Part shown: positions 48,907 through 58,113 of the stretch, piece after piece
How positions within the stretch are numbered: the stretch's first letter is position 1
Layout of the letters: each line of letters begins with the position of its first letter
Assembly: GCA_963796455.1 (NCBI GenBank)
Contig: CAWCLO010000001.1
Span: 704,001-768,000 of the forward strand
Direction of reading: 5' to 3'
Length of the DNA stretch: 64,000 bases
DNA from: Candidatus Sulfomarinibacteraceae bacterium
Lineage (GTDB): Bacteria; Acidobacteriota; Thermoanaerobaculia; Thermoanaerobaculales; Sulfomarinibacteraceae
Made by a program: the position numbers and the translations under genes
Notes under the pieces: model-generated
The model's database searches: none
What the model was told of the DNA's origin: nothing
What the model saw: only the letters and a program-made list of their open reading frames with translations

Positions 48907-50643
48907 ATGACACGGCATCGCAAAACACTCCCCGGCCCGGTATGGCCCTTTCGGATTGTGGCGGTCGGCTTCTTCATTGCTCAGATCGTTGTCCTCGAGG
49001 GAGCGGCCAGCGCTTTCCGGCAGCCAAAAGAGGCGGTGGTCCTGGCGGCATTCTGTCTCGCAATAGCCCTGGCGGTGGTTGGCGCGGCCCGGAATCGCTG
49101 CATCATGTTGCCTCGGGGACGCCTCGCCGTTGTCCTCCTCGTCTATCCGGCGCTTCTGGCAGCGAGCGCTTTGTGGAGCGCCAATCCCATTCGGGCTTTC
49201 GTTTCGGCAGCGTTGAGCGCTATCTGGATCGTGGCCATTCTGTGGATCTCGACCCTTCATCCCGACCGGAGACGTCAAATGGCCTTGATCACCGCCATCG
49301 GCGCGGTCATTTCGGTCTCCGTCATGCTGCTCCAGGTCTTTGGCGTCGCCGTGTTCCAGTTCACCGGCCAGTTCGCCATCGGCCGGTTTCGACTCTCGGG
49401 TCTGGCCGGAAATCCTGCAGACCTGGCGATGGCATCCGTCTTTCTGCTGCCCCTGTTGCTCACCTACGCAGAAGATCGCCGGTACCGAAAGCTGTGTGGT
49501 GCGCTGGCGATCGTTCTTTCGCTGGCTGTCCTGATCACCCAGACTCTTACCGGAATCGCAGCACTTGCTGCCGTGGCCGGCGTGTGGCTCATCCAGCACC
49601 GATCAAGGAAGGTCTGGGTCGGAACTCTCGGAGTCGCCCTCGTCATCATCGTCATTGCTCTCGCGGCCGGGCTGGATGAGCGGGTCGCCCGCGAAACCGA
49701 TCGCATCAGACAGGGAAACTGGTATCAGCTGTTCTCGGCTCGTGGGGACGGCTGGACGGCAGCTGCCGAAATGGTCCGATCACGTCCCATCCGCGGAGTC
49801 GGTGCCGCCAACTACACCCACCTCTATTACCCGAGCCGGGTCGAATTCCTGGCGCGCACGGGGGGCACCGGACGCCGGAACGAAGTTTCTTCGCACTTTG
49901 ATTGGGCGCACAACGATCCATTCCAACTGGTGGCCGAGATCGGGGTACTCGGCATCATCTGGGCCTTGTGTCTGGTATGGGCCATCGCCGGCACTTGGCG
50001 ACGAGCGGGGCCCCTCTTGCCGTTGGCAGCCGCGAGCTGGGTACCATTTGCACTGCTCCACTACCCCACCCACCTCGCGGTGGGATTGATACCAACGGCC
50101 CTCGTCCTCGGCCACCTCATTGCGTCGGATCACGATTCCAGGGAATTGACGTGGTCAACCGCACGCGTGCCCGTGGCCATAGTCGTCGTGGTTATCGCTT
50201 GCATCGGGGTGTACTGGCAGCTCCAGCGAACCGCGGCCAATTTGTGGATGGGCGCCCTCGAGATGCGCCTCATGCAAGCCGCGCAATCAGCACCCGAGAC
50301 AGCGGCCCGCCAGGCGGCTGCCGTCGAGGCGCAGATCCTGCAGCGCATCGAGGGCCTCCCCTACCAGGCGCCCGTTCTCTGGCGTACTGTGGGACGCTCC
50401 CGAATCGTCCGCTCCGACTGGCCGGGGGCGGAGCAAGCCCTCCGAAACGCCCACAAACTCTGGCCGCACGAAGAATCGGCCCTCTATCTCGGAATCAGCC
50501 TGGCGGCCCAGGGCCGTCGCAGCGAAGGCCTCCAGTTCCTCGGCCAGGTCTGCCGGACCAACCCCGAGCTCGTCACGCTGATCTCCGACCCAAACCTCCG
50601 CCGCACCGTAGAGGACATGCTGGAGGCCTATAGGCTTCGTTGA
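48907..50643 (+). CDS. O-antigen ligase family membrane protein with TPR-like C-terminus
   Basis: Many TM helices; GLAGNP, PIRGVG and AHNDPFQLVAEIG motifs. Confidence 0.85.
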   Translation: MTRHRKTLPGPVWPFRIVAVGFFIAQIVVLEGAASAFRQPKEAVVLAAFCLAIALAVVGAARNRCIMLPRGRLAVVLLVYPALLAASALWSANPIRAFVSAALSAIWIVAILWISTLHPDRRRQMALITAIGAVISVSVMLLQVFGVAVFQFTGQFAIGRFRLSGLAGNPADLAMASVFLLPLLLTYAEDRRYRKLCGALAIVLSLAVLITQTLTGIAALAAVAGVWLIQHRSRKVWVGTLGVALVIIVIALAAGLDERVARETDRIRQGNWYQLFSARGDGWTAAAEMVRSRPIRGVGAANYTHLYYPSRVEFLARTGGTGRRNEVSSHFDWAHNDPFQLVAEIGVLGIIWALCLVWAIAGTWRRAGPLLPLAAASWVPFALLHYPTHLAVGLIPTALVLGHLIASDHDSRELTWSTARVPVAIVVVVIACIGVYWQLQRTAANLWMGALEMRLMQAAQSAPETAARQAAAVEAQILQRIEGLPYQAPVLWRTVGRSRIVRSDWPGAEQALRNAHKLWPHEESALYLGISLAAQGRRSEGLQFLGQVCRTNPELVTLISDPNLRRTVEDMLEAYRLR

Positions 50644-50685
50644 CACGGGGACGGCCTCGTCGACGCAGGAACCAGGATGCGGGAT

Positions 50686-51148
50686 CACTCTTTTCCAAGA
50701 CGGAGTCTCGGACAGATTTCAGGAACAGCGACAGGGACGGCAAGCAGGGACAGTAGTCAGCATCAGCGTTCAGTCATCGGCGTCAGCGATCAACGGCCGG
50801 GACAGCGAACAGCACTCACTTCATCGGGGCTCCGGCCTTTGTGGTGCGGCCGTCTCGGCCGCACAGTGTGCAGGCGAGACGCCTACACCACAACGGCCGT
50901 TCCTTCCGGTGAACGACCAGGAGGTTGCCACTTCGCCGCATGGACTCCTGACCGCTGCCGCTGAACACTGACCGCTGTCCCTGTTCGCTGTTGCCTGTCG
51001 CTGACGCTGGACACTGTCGCTGCCGCTGCAATTCGGGATCGGGAACGGGTACGTGCCAACCGCGAACCGGATATGCCAAAAACCAACCCGTAAACCGCGT
51101 GTTGTCAGGTGGGTAACTTCAGGTGACGATCTGTTTTGGACAGCAGTG
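50686..51148 (-). mobile_element. MITE-like element copy D (gene-less, central REP doublet)
   Basis: Ends CACTCTTTTCCAAGACGGAG and TCTGTTTTGGACAGCAGTG; closely colinear with copy B. Confidence 0.9.
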
Positions 51149-51181
51149 ATCCAGCATCTAGCATCGAGCATCGAGCTTCCG

Positions 51182-51250
51182 AAAAAACGAGGCCCCTCGG
51201 AGGGGGGATCCGAGGGGCCAAGCGGAAGGAAGGAGGAGCTTCCGCACTCA
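51182..51250 (-). ncRNA. Candidate two-hairpin sRNA or 3' structure with CU-rich loops, ending in a terminator
   Basis: Minus strand: GCGGAAG-CUCCUCCUUC-CUUCCGC, then GGCCCCUCGGA-UCCCCCC-UCCGAGGGGCC, then a U6 tract. Confidence 0.45.
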
Positions 51251-51332
51251 TCCGTGATATGCCCGTGGCTACGACGGGGTTACACGACGGAATTCGCGGC
51301 AGAAGCTGATCTGGTCGATGGCGAGAAGTGGG

Positions 51333-52169
51333 CTAGCGAGACCCTTTGGCGGCCATGTGCTGTTCCTCGCAACGATTCCGACCGGCGTAGTTGTCGGGAT
51401 ATTCGAAACGGCAGTTGTTCCGAATCGTGTTGAAGGTCGCCGAGTCGAGACGGTAATCGGGACTGGTGCGCATGGTGATCGCGGTGATCGCCGTCTTTTG
51501 ACTTTCGACACAGTCAGAAAAATTACCGGATCCAGCGCCGTAGCGCTGGCCGCACAGAGTATTGATCGATTGGTCGGCCTTGATGGGATCAATTGGTGGC
51601 GCGGGTTCCGAGGCCAGCTCCGCGCGGTGGTCGGCCCGTAGTTGCGCATATGCCAGTTCAAGCGTCCGCTCCACATCCAGTAGTTCCTTCTTTGGAGTGG
51701 TATAGAGGGGTTGATTGATTTCGAAGGTGTTCAGCAAAGCGGCGACGGCGGATTCCGCGAGTTCGACAGCCGATTCCATTCGATCAAAGGACTGGTTGTA
51801 GCGTGGGTCGGGATCGATCATCAAAAAATCGCTCTCGGCAAGCCTGAATCTGTTGGCGCTGTCCTCGACCCGGCGCCGCCAATCCTCATCGAAGAAAACA
51901 TCCCCGGTGGCGGTTTCAGTCAGCACGATATTCAACTCTTTGACCGACTCGACGCATTCGGCGGCGGTGTCGAGAATCCAGTTTCCTGCGGTGGCAACAC
52001 GGGTCGTCCTCGAGGCCTTGGTCAGACTCGAATTGTCGATGACCATTCCCTTGGTTTCGGAACGCTCGGACCCGATCGGTCGCGTGGAATCGGCCAGACC
52101 TTGCGCCACAACCGGCGCCGCACCGACCGCGAACAAAACAATCAGGATCGCGAATGATCTGAGCTTCAT
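51333..52169 (-). CDS. Secreted hypothetical protein with Cys-rich C-terminal domain
   Basis: GGAGG RBS, signal peptide MKLRSFAIL, four C-terminal cysteines. Confidence 0.75.
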   Translation of the reverse strand: MKLRSFAILIVLFAVGAAPVVAQGLADSTRPIGSERSETKGMVIDNSSLTKASRTTRVATAGNWILDTAAECVESVKELNIVLTETATGDVFFDEDWRRRVEDSANRFRLAESDFLMIDPDPRYNQSFDRMESAVELAESAVAALLNTFEINQPLYTTPKKELLDVERTLELAYAQLRADHRAELASEPAPPIDPIKADQSINTLCGQRYGAGSGNFSDCVESQKTAITAITMRTSPDYRLDSATFNTIRNNCRFEYPDNYAGRNRCEEQHMAAKGSR

Positions 52170-52209
52170 TTCGTGCCTCCAACTGACGGATCGGATCCAT
52201 GCGCATTGG

Positions 52210-53574
52210 TCATGCTTCGATTCTATCAACAATGTCTTCAGGGAGTTGCCTGGCAGGAGGTTTCTTTCCATAAAAGAGGTCATCAAACCACAACATGGCG
52301 CGCCGGGCGGCTGCGGATCTCTTGATCGCGAATCGAACGAGGTTGTGGGCGGCATTGTCCGGGTGGGAATAAGGACAGACCCGCATACAGGAGGCGCAAT
52401 CGGTGCCGACGAGATTCCAATAACGAAAACAACTCTCCGAATCGATCGACCAGCGAAGACCGCCATCGATGGGTTTTCGGTCGCCGCTCGGAATGGCCGC
52501 AACCGGGCAGTTGGTGGCACACTTGCGACAGATGTTGCAGAAATCGATGACCGTCGGATCATCGCCGGGAGCGTCGGCCACGAGCGGTAGATCGGTGGTC
52601 ACGACGCCGAGGCGCACCCGCGGGCCGAGCCGGGGAGTCATCAGGATCCCCATTCGGCCGATCTCCCCCAACCCGGCGTCGCGCGCAACCAACGGCGCGA
52701 TGACCCGGTAGTTACCGTCAGTGTGGGCACGCGCCGGATAGCCCAGGCGTCGGATCCAGTTCGCGAGAGTGATCGCGATCTTTGCTCCTTCGACGTATTG
52801 CCGGGCTGATTCTTCAACCACCGGGCCTGCCGGAGCGTAGGAAACCCTCCCGTGGTCCATCTCCACAGTGAAAGCGAGCGCCCATCGATGTCGGAGATCG
52901 ATCGGATCACCATAGGCTCCGGTGCCGCGGCCAATGTGCGAGTACACGTGATAGGGCTGCAGTTCCGCGATACCGGCGTCCACCGCGCCGTAAGAAAGGG
53001 CCAGATCTTTCAATGTCGCCGACCAGTGCTCCGGCGACCGCACGACCTGTTGCTCGGCGATCTCGCCATCGACCTGGTCGCGAAGAGCTTCGGTGACATC
53101 GAAGCTGGCCTTTGCCGCAGCGAATGAAAGAGGTTCGGCCAACTCTGCCTCGGATGACAGCAAACCGGGCAACTCGCGGGTCCGGTCGTCACCGAGGCGG
53201 TTCTCGGGATGGGCGGCGTAATACATCACGTACTCGGGTGTGCCCTCGCGGAGTCGACCGCGAGCGAACATGATGTCGCGTTCGTCGACCTGTCGAGACG
53301 GGTTGCCTCCCGGCGCCGGCTCTTGCACCAGTCCGACAAAACACAGAGCCAAGGCCAGCAGGAGCAGAGTTGCGACGACTCCCACAACGACTGCTGGCAC
53401 GGGAGGCGGCAAATACGCCGCAGCAATACAAGGGAATGCGATCAGCGCAACGAGAATCAACGACACCCGCAAGGCACGTCCCTCGCCCTCTCTGAGAGAC
53501 ACCACGGCAAACGCGACCAATCCGATCGTCACGAGTGCGGCTACGGCAACCAGGATCCAGGACGCAGGCTCCAT
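52210..53574 (-). CDS. Reductive dehalogenase-like cobalamin / 2x[4Fe-4S] protein with N-terminal TM helices
   Basis: DERD, IRRLGYPARAH, AGLGEIGRMG..GPRVRL..VTTDLPL, FCNICRKCATNCP and C..C..C...CP motifs. Confidence 0.8.
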   Translation of the reverse strand: MEPASWILVAVAALVTIGLVAFAVVSLREGEGRALRVSLILVALIAFPCIAAAYLPPPVPAVVVGVVATLLLLALALCFVGLVQEPAPGGNPSRQVDERDIMFARGRLREGTPEYVMYYAAHPENRLGDDRTRELPGLLSSEAELAEPLSFAAAKASFDVTEALRDQVDGEIAEQQVVRSPEHWSATLKDLALSYGAVDAGIAELQPYHVYSHIGRGTGAYGDPIDLRHRWALAFTVEMDHGRVSYAPAGPVVEESARQYVEGAKIAITLANWIRRLGYPARAHTDGNYRVIAPLVARDAGLGEIGRMGILMTPRLGPRVRLGVVTTDLPLVADAPGDDPTVIDFCNICRKCATNCPVAAIPSGDRKPIDGGLRWSIDSESCFRYWNLVGTDCASCMRVCPYSHPDNAAHNLVRFAIKRSAAARRAMLWFDDLFYGKKPPARQLPEDIVDRIEA

Positions 53575-53634
53575 TTGCAGTCAACAGTAGCAAAGACCCG
53601 GAGGGGAGGAATTAATCGAACGGTTGCAACGAAC

Positions 53635-53895
53635 TCAGCCGGCGCCGGCCGGCGTATTGAGCCGGGGTGCCGGCAGTTTTTCGGCGAAACCGAGTTGGAT
53701 CGGCTGGTAGCGAATGCCGTTGTCCCCGGGGAATGGCTCACAGTGGTCGTGCTCGTTGAACAGGATTTCCACAGGAATACCCCGCGGATATGCCTTACAA
53801 CGGGTCCCATCCGGGCTGCGGTGGGAGCAGAAAGTGCATTGGCTGACTCTGAGATCAGCTGGATTACCGACGATTTTGAATTGTACTGGGGCCAT
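53635..53895 (-). CDS. Small Cys/His-rich hypothetical protein
   Basis: CTFCSH..CKAYPRGIP..DH..PFPGDNGIRY pattern; GAGGTG RBS. Confidence 0.7.
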   Translation of the reverse strand: MAPVQFKIVGNPADLRVSQCTFCSHRSPDGTRCKAYPRGIPVEILFNEHDHCEPFPGDNGIRYQPIQLGFAEKLPAPRLNTPAGAG

Positions 53896-54002
53896 TGATC
53901 ACCTCGTCAGTATTACCTAGAGCAATTTCGATGCCGGGTTTGACTTAACGTTGACACTCGTGTCACGGATGACCATCGTCGCGTTTCGACACAACATCTC
54001 AC

Positions 54003-54018
54003 TGTGATACATGTCACA
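54003..54018. promoter_or_regulatory. CRP/FNR-family operator-like palindrome
   Basis: TGTGA-TACATG-TCACA is an exact TGTGA-N6-TCACA match in an intergenic region. Confidence 0.6.
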
Positions 54019-54045
54019 GGCGGGCGGCTCTTGAGCTTCGTCCAA

Positions 54046-54088
54046 CGGAGAAACCGCGCTCATCTGCGTGATCTGCGGTTTGTGATGG
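54046..54088 (-). repeat. Collapsed copy of the CGCAGAT 9-mer element
   Basis: Reverse complement reads CCATCACAAACCGCAGATCACGCAGATGAGCGCGGTTTCTCCG, with the same ends as the 18932 and 47571 copies. Confidence 0.8.
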
Positions 54089-54099
54089 AAACGCCGATG

Positions 54100-55839
54100 C
54101 TACCGGAACGCCTCCGGGTGGCGAAGGTGGAAACCCGTTGCCAGCTGGTAGGCATGCGCCAACGCCAGAATCTCCGATTCGCCAAAAAGGCGGCCGTTGA
54201 AGGTGATGCTGGTCGGTGTGCCATCGGAGCGGAACCCGTTCGGCACCACGACCGACGGGTGGCCCGTGAGATTGGTCACCAGGAGGTTGTCACCGCCAAA
54301 GGAGGGCGCGATCCAGGCATCGAGACCCTCGATCATCATTTCCATCTCGCGCATCAGGAGCGTGCGCGCCCGATTCGCCTGGATGTACTCCACTGCCGGG
54401 ATGGTCCGTGCCTGGCGAAAGACGTTGGGCCAAGCATTCTCGATCTGTCGCACCAACAGATCATCCTGCCCCGTTCGGGTCAGATCATCGAATGCCGCGG
54501 CCGCCTCGGCCGAGAGAATAAAGGACATCGCTTCGGCCGGAAGATCGGGCAGCTCGATCGGCACCAACTCGAGACCCAACGAACGCATGACCTCGAGGCT
54601 CTCGAGATCCATCCTCTTCCACTCCCGTGCTCCGTTTTTGACCGCCTCTTCGGTCTGATCATCAAAATCCAATTCGCGCTCGAAGTCCGATTTGAGATAA
54701 CCGACTCTGAGAGATCGGATATCCAGAGCTGAGTCCCACACGAAATCGTGCCCGACGGCAGTCGGATCGAGCCCGTCCGCGCCGTGGATCGCATCAAAGA
54801 CGAGGGCACAGTCGTTGACGTCACGACACATGGGACCGAGTTTGTCCATGCTCCACGACAGGGCCATGGCACCGTGCCGGCTGACCCGCCCAAAGGTTGG
54901 TCGCAAACCAGTCACTCCACAGCGTGTCGAGGGCGAGACGATGGAGCCCCAGGTCTCCGATCCGATGGCAAAGCCCACAAGACCCGCCGATGTGGCCGAG
55001 CCCGGGCCCGCGGAAGATCCGCTCGAACCCTGCTCGGTGTTCCAGGGATTTCGGGTCATCTCGCCAAACCACACATCGCCCCAGGCGAGAGCGCCCAGAG
55101 TCAGTTTGGCCACCAGGATCGCACCGGCCTCGTCGAGCCGCTCAACGACGGTGGCGTCGTAGTCGAAAGTCTGACCCTCGAAAGGCTTCGCCCCCCAGGT
55201 CGTGGGGTAGCCCCGAACTGCCAACAGATCTTTGGCCCCCCAGGGTATCCCGTGCAAAGGTCCACGCCACAAGCCCCTCTCGAGCTCGCCGTCGGCCCGC
55301 CTCGCCATTTCCATTGCCCGTTCTTCGGTGAGGGTGATGACACAATGCAGATCCGAATCAAAACGGCGCAGCCGATCGAGGTAGATTTTTGTCAGCTCCA
55401 CCGAAGAGATCTTCCGCCTCCGGAGGAGGTTGCCCAATTCGCCCACCGGGAGGAAGGCCAACTCCGCATCATCATCGGGTCTGTCGGTCCTCTGCGGCCC
55501 GGGCGCCCTGGCCGTCAATGGCCGGCAGGAGCTTTCCATCCCGGGAAGCAACGGATCGAATTGCAGCGCCGGGGCAACCGAATTGTCGATCGCAAGCCCG
55601 CGCAGGGTCTCGTAATCCTTCCGCAGACCCTCGAGCCCGCTCAACATCAGCTCGCGCTCCTCATCGGTGAAATCGAGTCCGGCCATCCGTTCCGCGCCCC
55701 TCAGGGCATCGAGACTGATCGCTCCCTGCTCCGCAACCTCCGCCCAGAGAAGCCCGGGCAACACCGATCCCGCAAGACCGAAGCCGCCAAAAAAGGCCAT
55801 GAACCGTCGCCGATCAATTCCGCGGTCGCCGTCTCTCAT
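54100..55839 (-). CDS. Amidase-signature family enzyme with Tat-like signal
   Basis: DRRRFM; GPLHGIPWGAKD, GSSGSSAG and GSETWGSI motifs. Confidence 0.92.
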   Translation of the reverse strand: MRDGDRGIDRRRFMAFFGGFGLAGSVLPGLLWAEVAEQGAISLDALRGAERMAGLDFTDEERELMLSGLEGLRKDYETLRGLAIDNSVAPALQFDPLLPGMESSCRPLTARAPGPQRTDRPDDDAELAFLPVGELGNLLRRRKISSVELTKIYLDRLRRFDSDLHCVITLTEERAMEMARRADGELERGLWRGPLHGIPWGAKDLLAVRGYPTTWGAKPFEGQTFDYDATVVERLDEAGAILVAKLTLGALAWGDVWFGEMTRNPWNTEQGSSGSSAGPGSATSAGLVGFAIGSETWGSIVSPSTRCGVTGLRPTFGRVSRHGAMALSWSMDKLGPMCRDVNDCALVFDAIHGADGLDPTAVGHDFVWDSALDIRSLRVGYLKSDFERELDFDDQTEEAVKNGAREWKRMDLESLEVMRSLGLELVPIELPDLPAEAMSFILSAEAAAAFDDLTRTGQDDLLVRQIENAWPNVFRQARTIPAVEYIQANRARTLLMREMEMMIEGLDAWIAPSFGGDNLLVTNLTGHPSVVVPNGFRSDGTPTSITFNGRLFGESEILALAHAYQLATGFHLRHPEAFR

Positions 55840-55936
55840 GAGTCCTCCCTCGATTTCGCCCTCTTACAGAATTCTCAAAAAAAATGCGAGCTGCGGATAG
55901 CAGTCTACCGAAGTACAATTACCGCGGAGGGGCGCT

Positions 55937-57610
55937 ATGGATATCATCACATCGATCATCCGGGGTCGGCGGGCGACGCGTGGGGGGGTCGCCGCCGCGT
56001 TGTTCACTTTCCTGCCAGTTATCGGATCGGCTGCAGAATCCTTGCCGGTCGGGATCACGGCAGAATCGACCTTGCTCACCACCGTGCTGCGGATCGTGGC
56101 AGTTGTCTGGGGCGCCACCCTCCTTTTATTCGGCGCGCAGATCCCACGGTTCACCCTGATGAGCTTCTTCTTCGGCATCGCGGTGCCCGTGGGTCTGATG
56201 GCTTTCGGTGACTCCGGCTATTTTCTTGCCCTCGTGGTGATGTTGACCGTTATGGCGGTGGCGGCCGCGATTGTGGTCTGGCCTCGCCGTCTCGCGGTGG
56301 CGATGGCGTGTATCTGGCCCTTGCCTGCGCTTTATGTGGCACATCTCTTTTTCTCCGGATCGTTTGAACGCAACATGCCGCTCTTGTTCGGATTGGCAGC
56401 GGTGGGAGTGGTCCTGGGTGCGGTCCTACCAAAGATCGGCACGGCGCTCACGGCGGCCTCGCTCGGCACAGCCCTGGTGGTCACAGCCCTATCGGTGAAG
56501 ATCACCTTTTGGCTTATTGTAATTGTCGCCGCCGGGTCTTTCATCGGCCAACTATTGGTTCTTTTCAGATTGAAACGAGCCGAAGACAGTCTTGAATGGG
56601 TGGCCCATCGGCGCGAACGCCGCCGGCCGCGGCTTTTCACCCATACCTTCAACGCGAGCGCCACCGCACTGGTGTTTCTGGTTCTGATCGTGATGCTGCT
56701 GGCGCCCCAGTATGGCCCCGGCATCGGTCCGCACGGCGACCGCATCCAACGGCTGCTCGACAGCGGTGGTCTGCAACGACCGGGGCTGGTGATTTCGGCG
56801 GGCAACAACCTCTATCTCTCGGGACACGCGACGCCGGTGGCGATCGTCGCGCCGAATCCCGGTTTTTTCAGCCGCCTCGCGTTGCCATTCATCGGCAGGG
56901 CGCCCGGTGAAGAAATGCGATACCTGCGGGCGGTCAAGGAAAACCGCGAGTTGGAGAAGATGCGGCGGGCGGCCGCGATCACCTCGCAGGCCTTTGGAGA
57001 TATCGCACCCATGATTCGACCGGGAGTCAACGAATCCGAAATCGAGCAGGCGATTGTCGCGAGCTTTCGCCGCAACGGGGCCAACGGAGTGGCCTTCGAT
57101 TCAATCGTCGGTTCGGGGGCCAACGCGGTCTTGCCCCACTATGGCAAAAACAACGCCGAGATGACGGACGGGATGGTGGTGATCGATATCGGGTGCAGCG
57201 TCGACGGTTACGCGAGCGACATGACGCGGTCCTTCCCCGTCAACGGCACCATGAATCCCCGTCAACAGGAACTCGTCGATACAGTCAACGCTGCCGGTGA
57301 TGCCGCTCGGGCGATGCTGCGCGCGGGTGTCACCATGCGCGAACTCAACCGGGTAGCGCGCGAGGTCATCGAAGAGGCTGGCTTCGGGCCCTACTACCTC
57401 CATGGCCTCGGCCACCATGTCGGTCTGGATGTCCACGACCCACATGTCGACGAACTTCAGGCCGGTATGGTCATCACCATCGAACCCGGGATTTATATTT
57501 CGGAAGGATCGGACATCGACGCGGGGTATTGGGACCAGGGCGTGCGCATCGAAGACAGCTACATCGTCACCGAAGACGGGTATGAGGAGATCACCTCGTA
57601 CCCGAGGTAA
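55937..57610 (+). CDS. M24 (Xaa-Pro) peptidase fused to an N-terminal multi-TM domain
   Basis: About 8 hydrophobic segments, then DIG, SDMTRS, HGLGHHVGLDVHD, TIEPG and GVRIED motifs. Confidence 0.85.
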   Translation: MDIITSIIRGRRATRGGVAAALFTFLPVIGSAAESLPVGITAESTLLTTVLRIVAVVWGATLLLFGAQIPRFTLMSFFFGIAVPVGLMAFGDSGYFLALVVMLTVMAVAAAIVVWPRRLAVAMACIWPLPALYVAHLFFSGSFERNMPLLFGLAAVGVVLGAVLPKIGTALTAASLGTALVVTALSVKITFWLIVIVAAGSFIGQLLVLFRLKRAEDSLEWVAHRRERRRPRLFTHTFNASATALVFLVLIVMLLAPQYGPGIGPHGDRIQRLLDSGGLQRPGLVISAGNNLYLSGHATPVAIVAPNPGFFSRLALPFIGRAPGEEMRYLRAVKENRELEKMRRAAAITSQAFGDIAPMIRPGVNESEIEQAIVASFRRNGANGVAFDSIVGSGANAVLPHYGKNNAEMTDGMVVIDIGCSVDGYASDMTRSFPVNGTMNPRQQELVDTVNAAGDAARAMLRAGVTMRELNRVAREVIEEAGFGPYYLHGLGHHVGLDVHDPHVDELQAGMVITIEPGIYISEGSDIDAGYWDQGVRIEDSYIVTEDGYEEITSYPR

Positions 57611-57670
57611 CGTCGCCGAAATGGCGTTTCCGCGTGTTTGGCGACGGATGCTGGATGCTGGATGCTGGAT

Positions 57671-58113
57671 CATACTTGTCCAAGACAGAGTCTCGGATAG
57701 CGTTCAGGAACAGGCCTGAAGGTGGGCCAAGGCCCACCTTCAGAGTTGTGTCCTACTCCCTGGATCACTCGGCCCAAGTGAGAAGTGCCGCACAGCGATC
57801 AGGGACAGCGCCGGGGACCGGCGGACAGCGTCAGCCAACAGGAGTCGGCGTCAGCGATCAGCGGCCGGGACAGTGAACAGTACCCTCCGGCCTTTTTGGT
57901 GCGGCCATCTCGGCCGCACGATGTGCAGGCGAGACGCCTACACCACCACGGGTGATCCTTCTGTTGAACGACCCGGAGGTGATCACGCCGTCACTGCACC
58001 TGATCGCTGACCCTGAACACTGATTGTGCCCCGCCGCTGTTCGCCGTCGCTGCCGCTGCCGCTGCAATTCGGACACGGACGCGGACGCGGGCACACCAAC
58101 TACCGCGAACCCG
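57671..58113 (-). mobile_element. MITE-like element copy E (one end truncated, extra REP-like insertion)
   Basis: Starts CATACTTGTCCAAGACAGAG after (GATGCTG)x3; has the central REP doublet; similarity fades into the end of the MscS gene. Confidence 0.8.
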
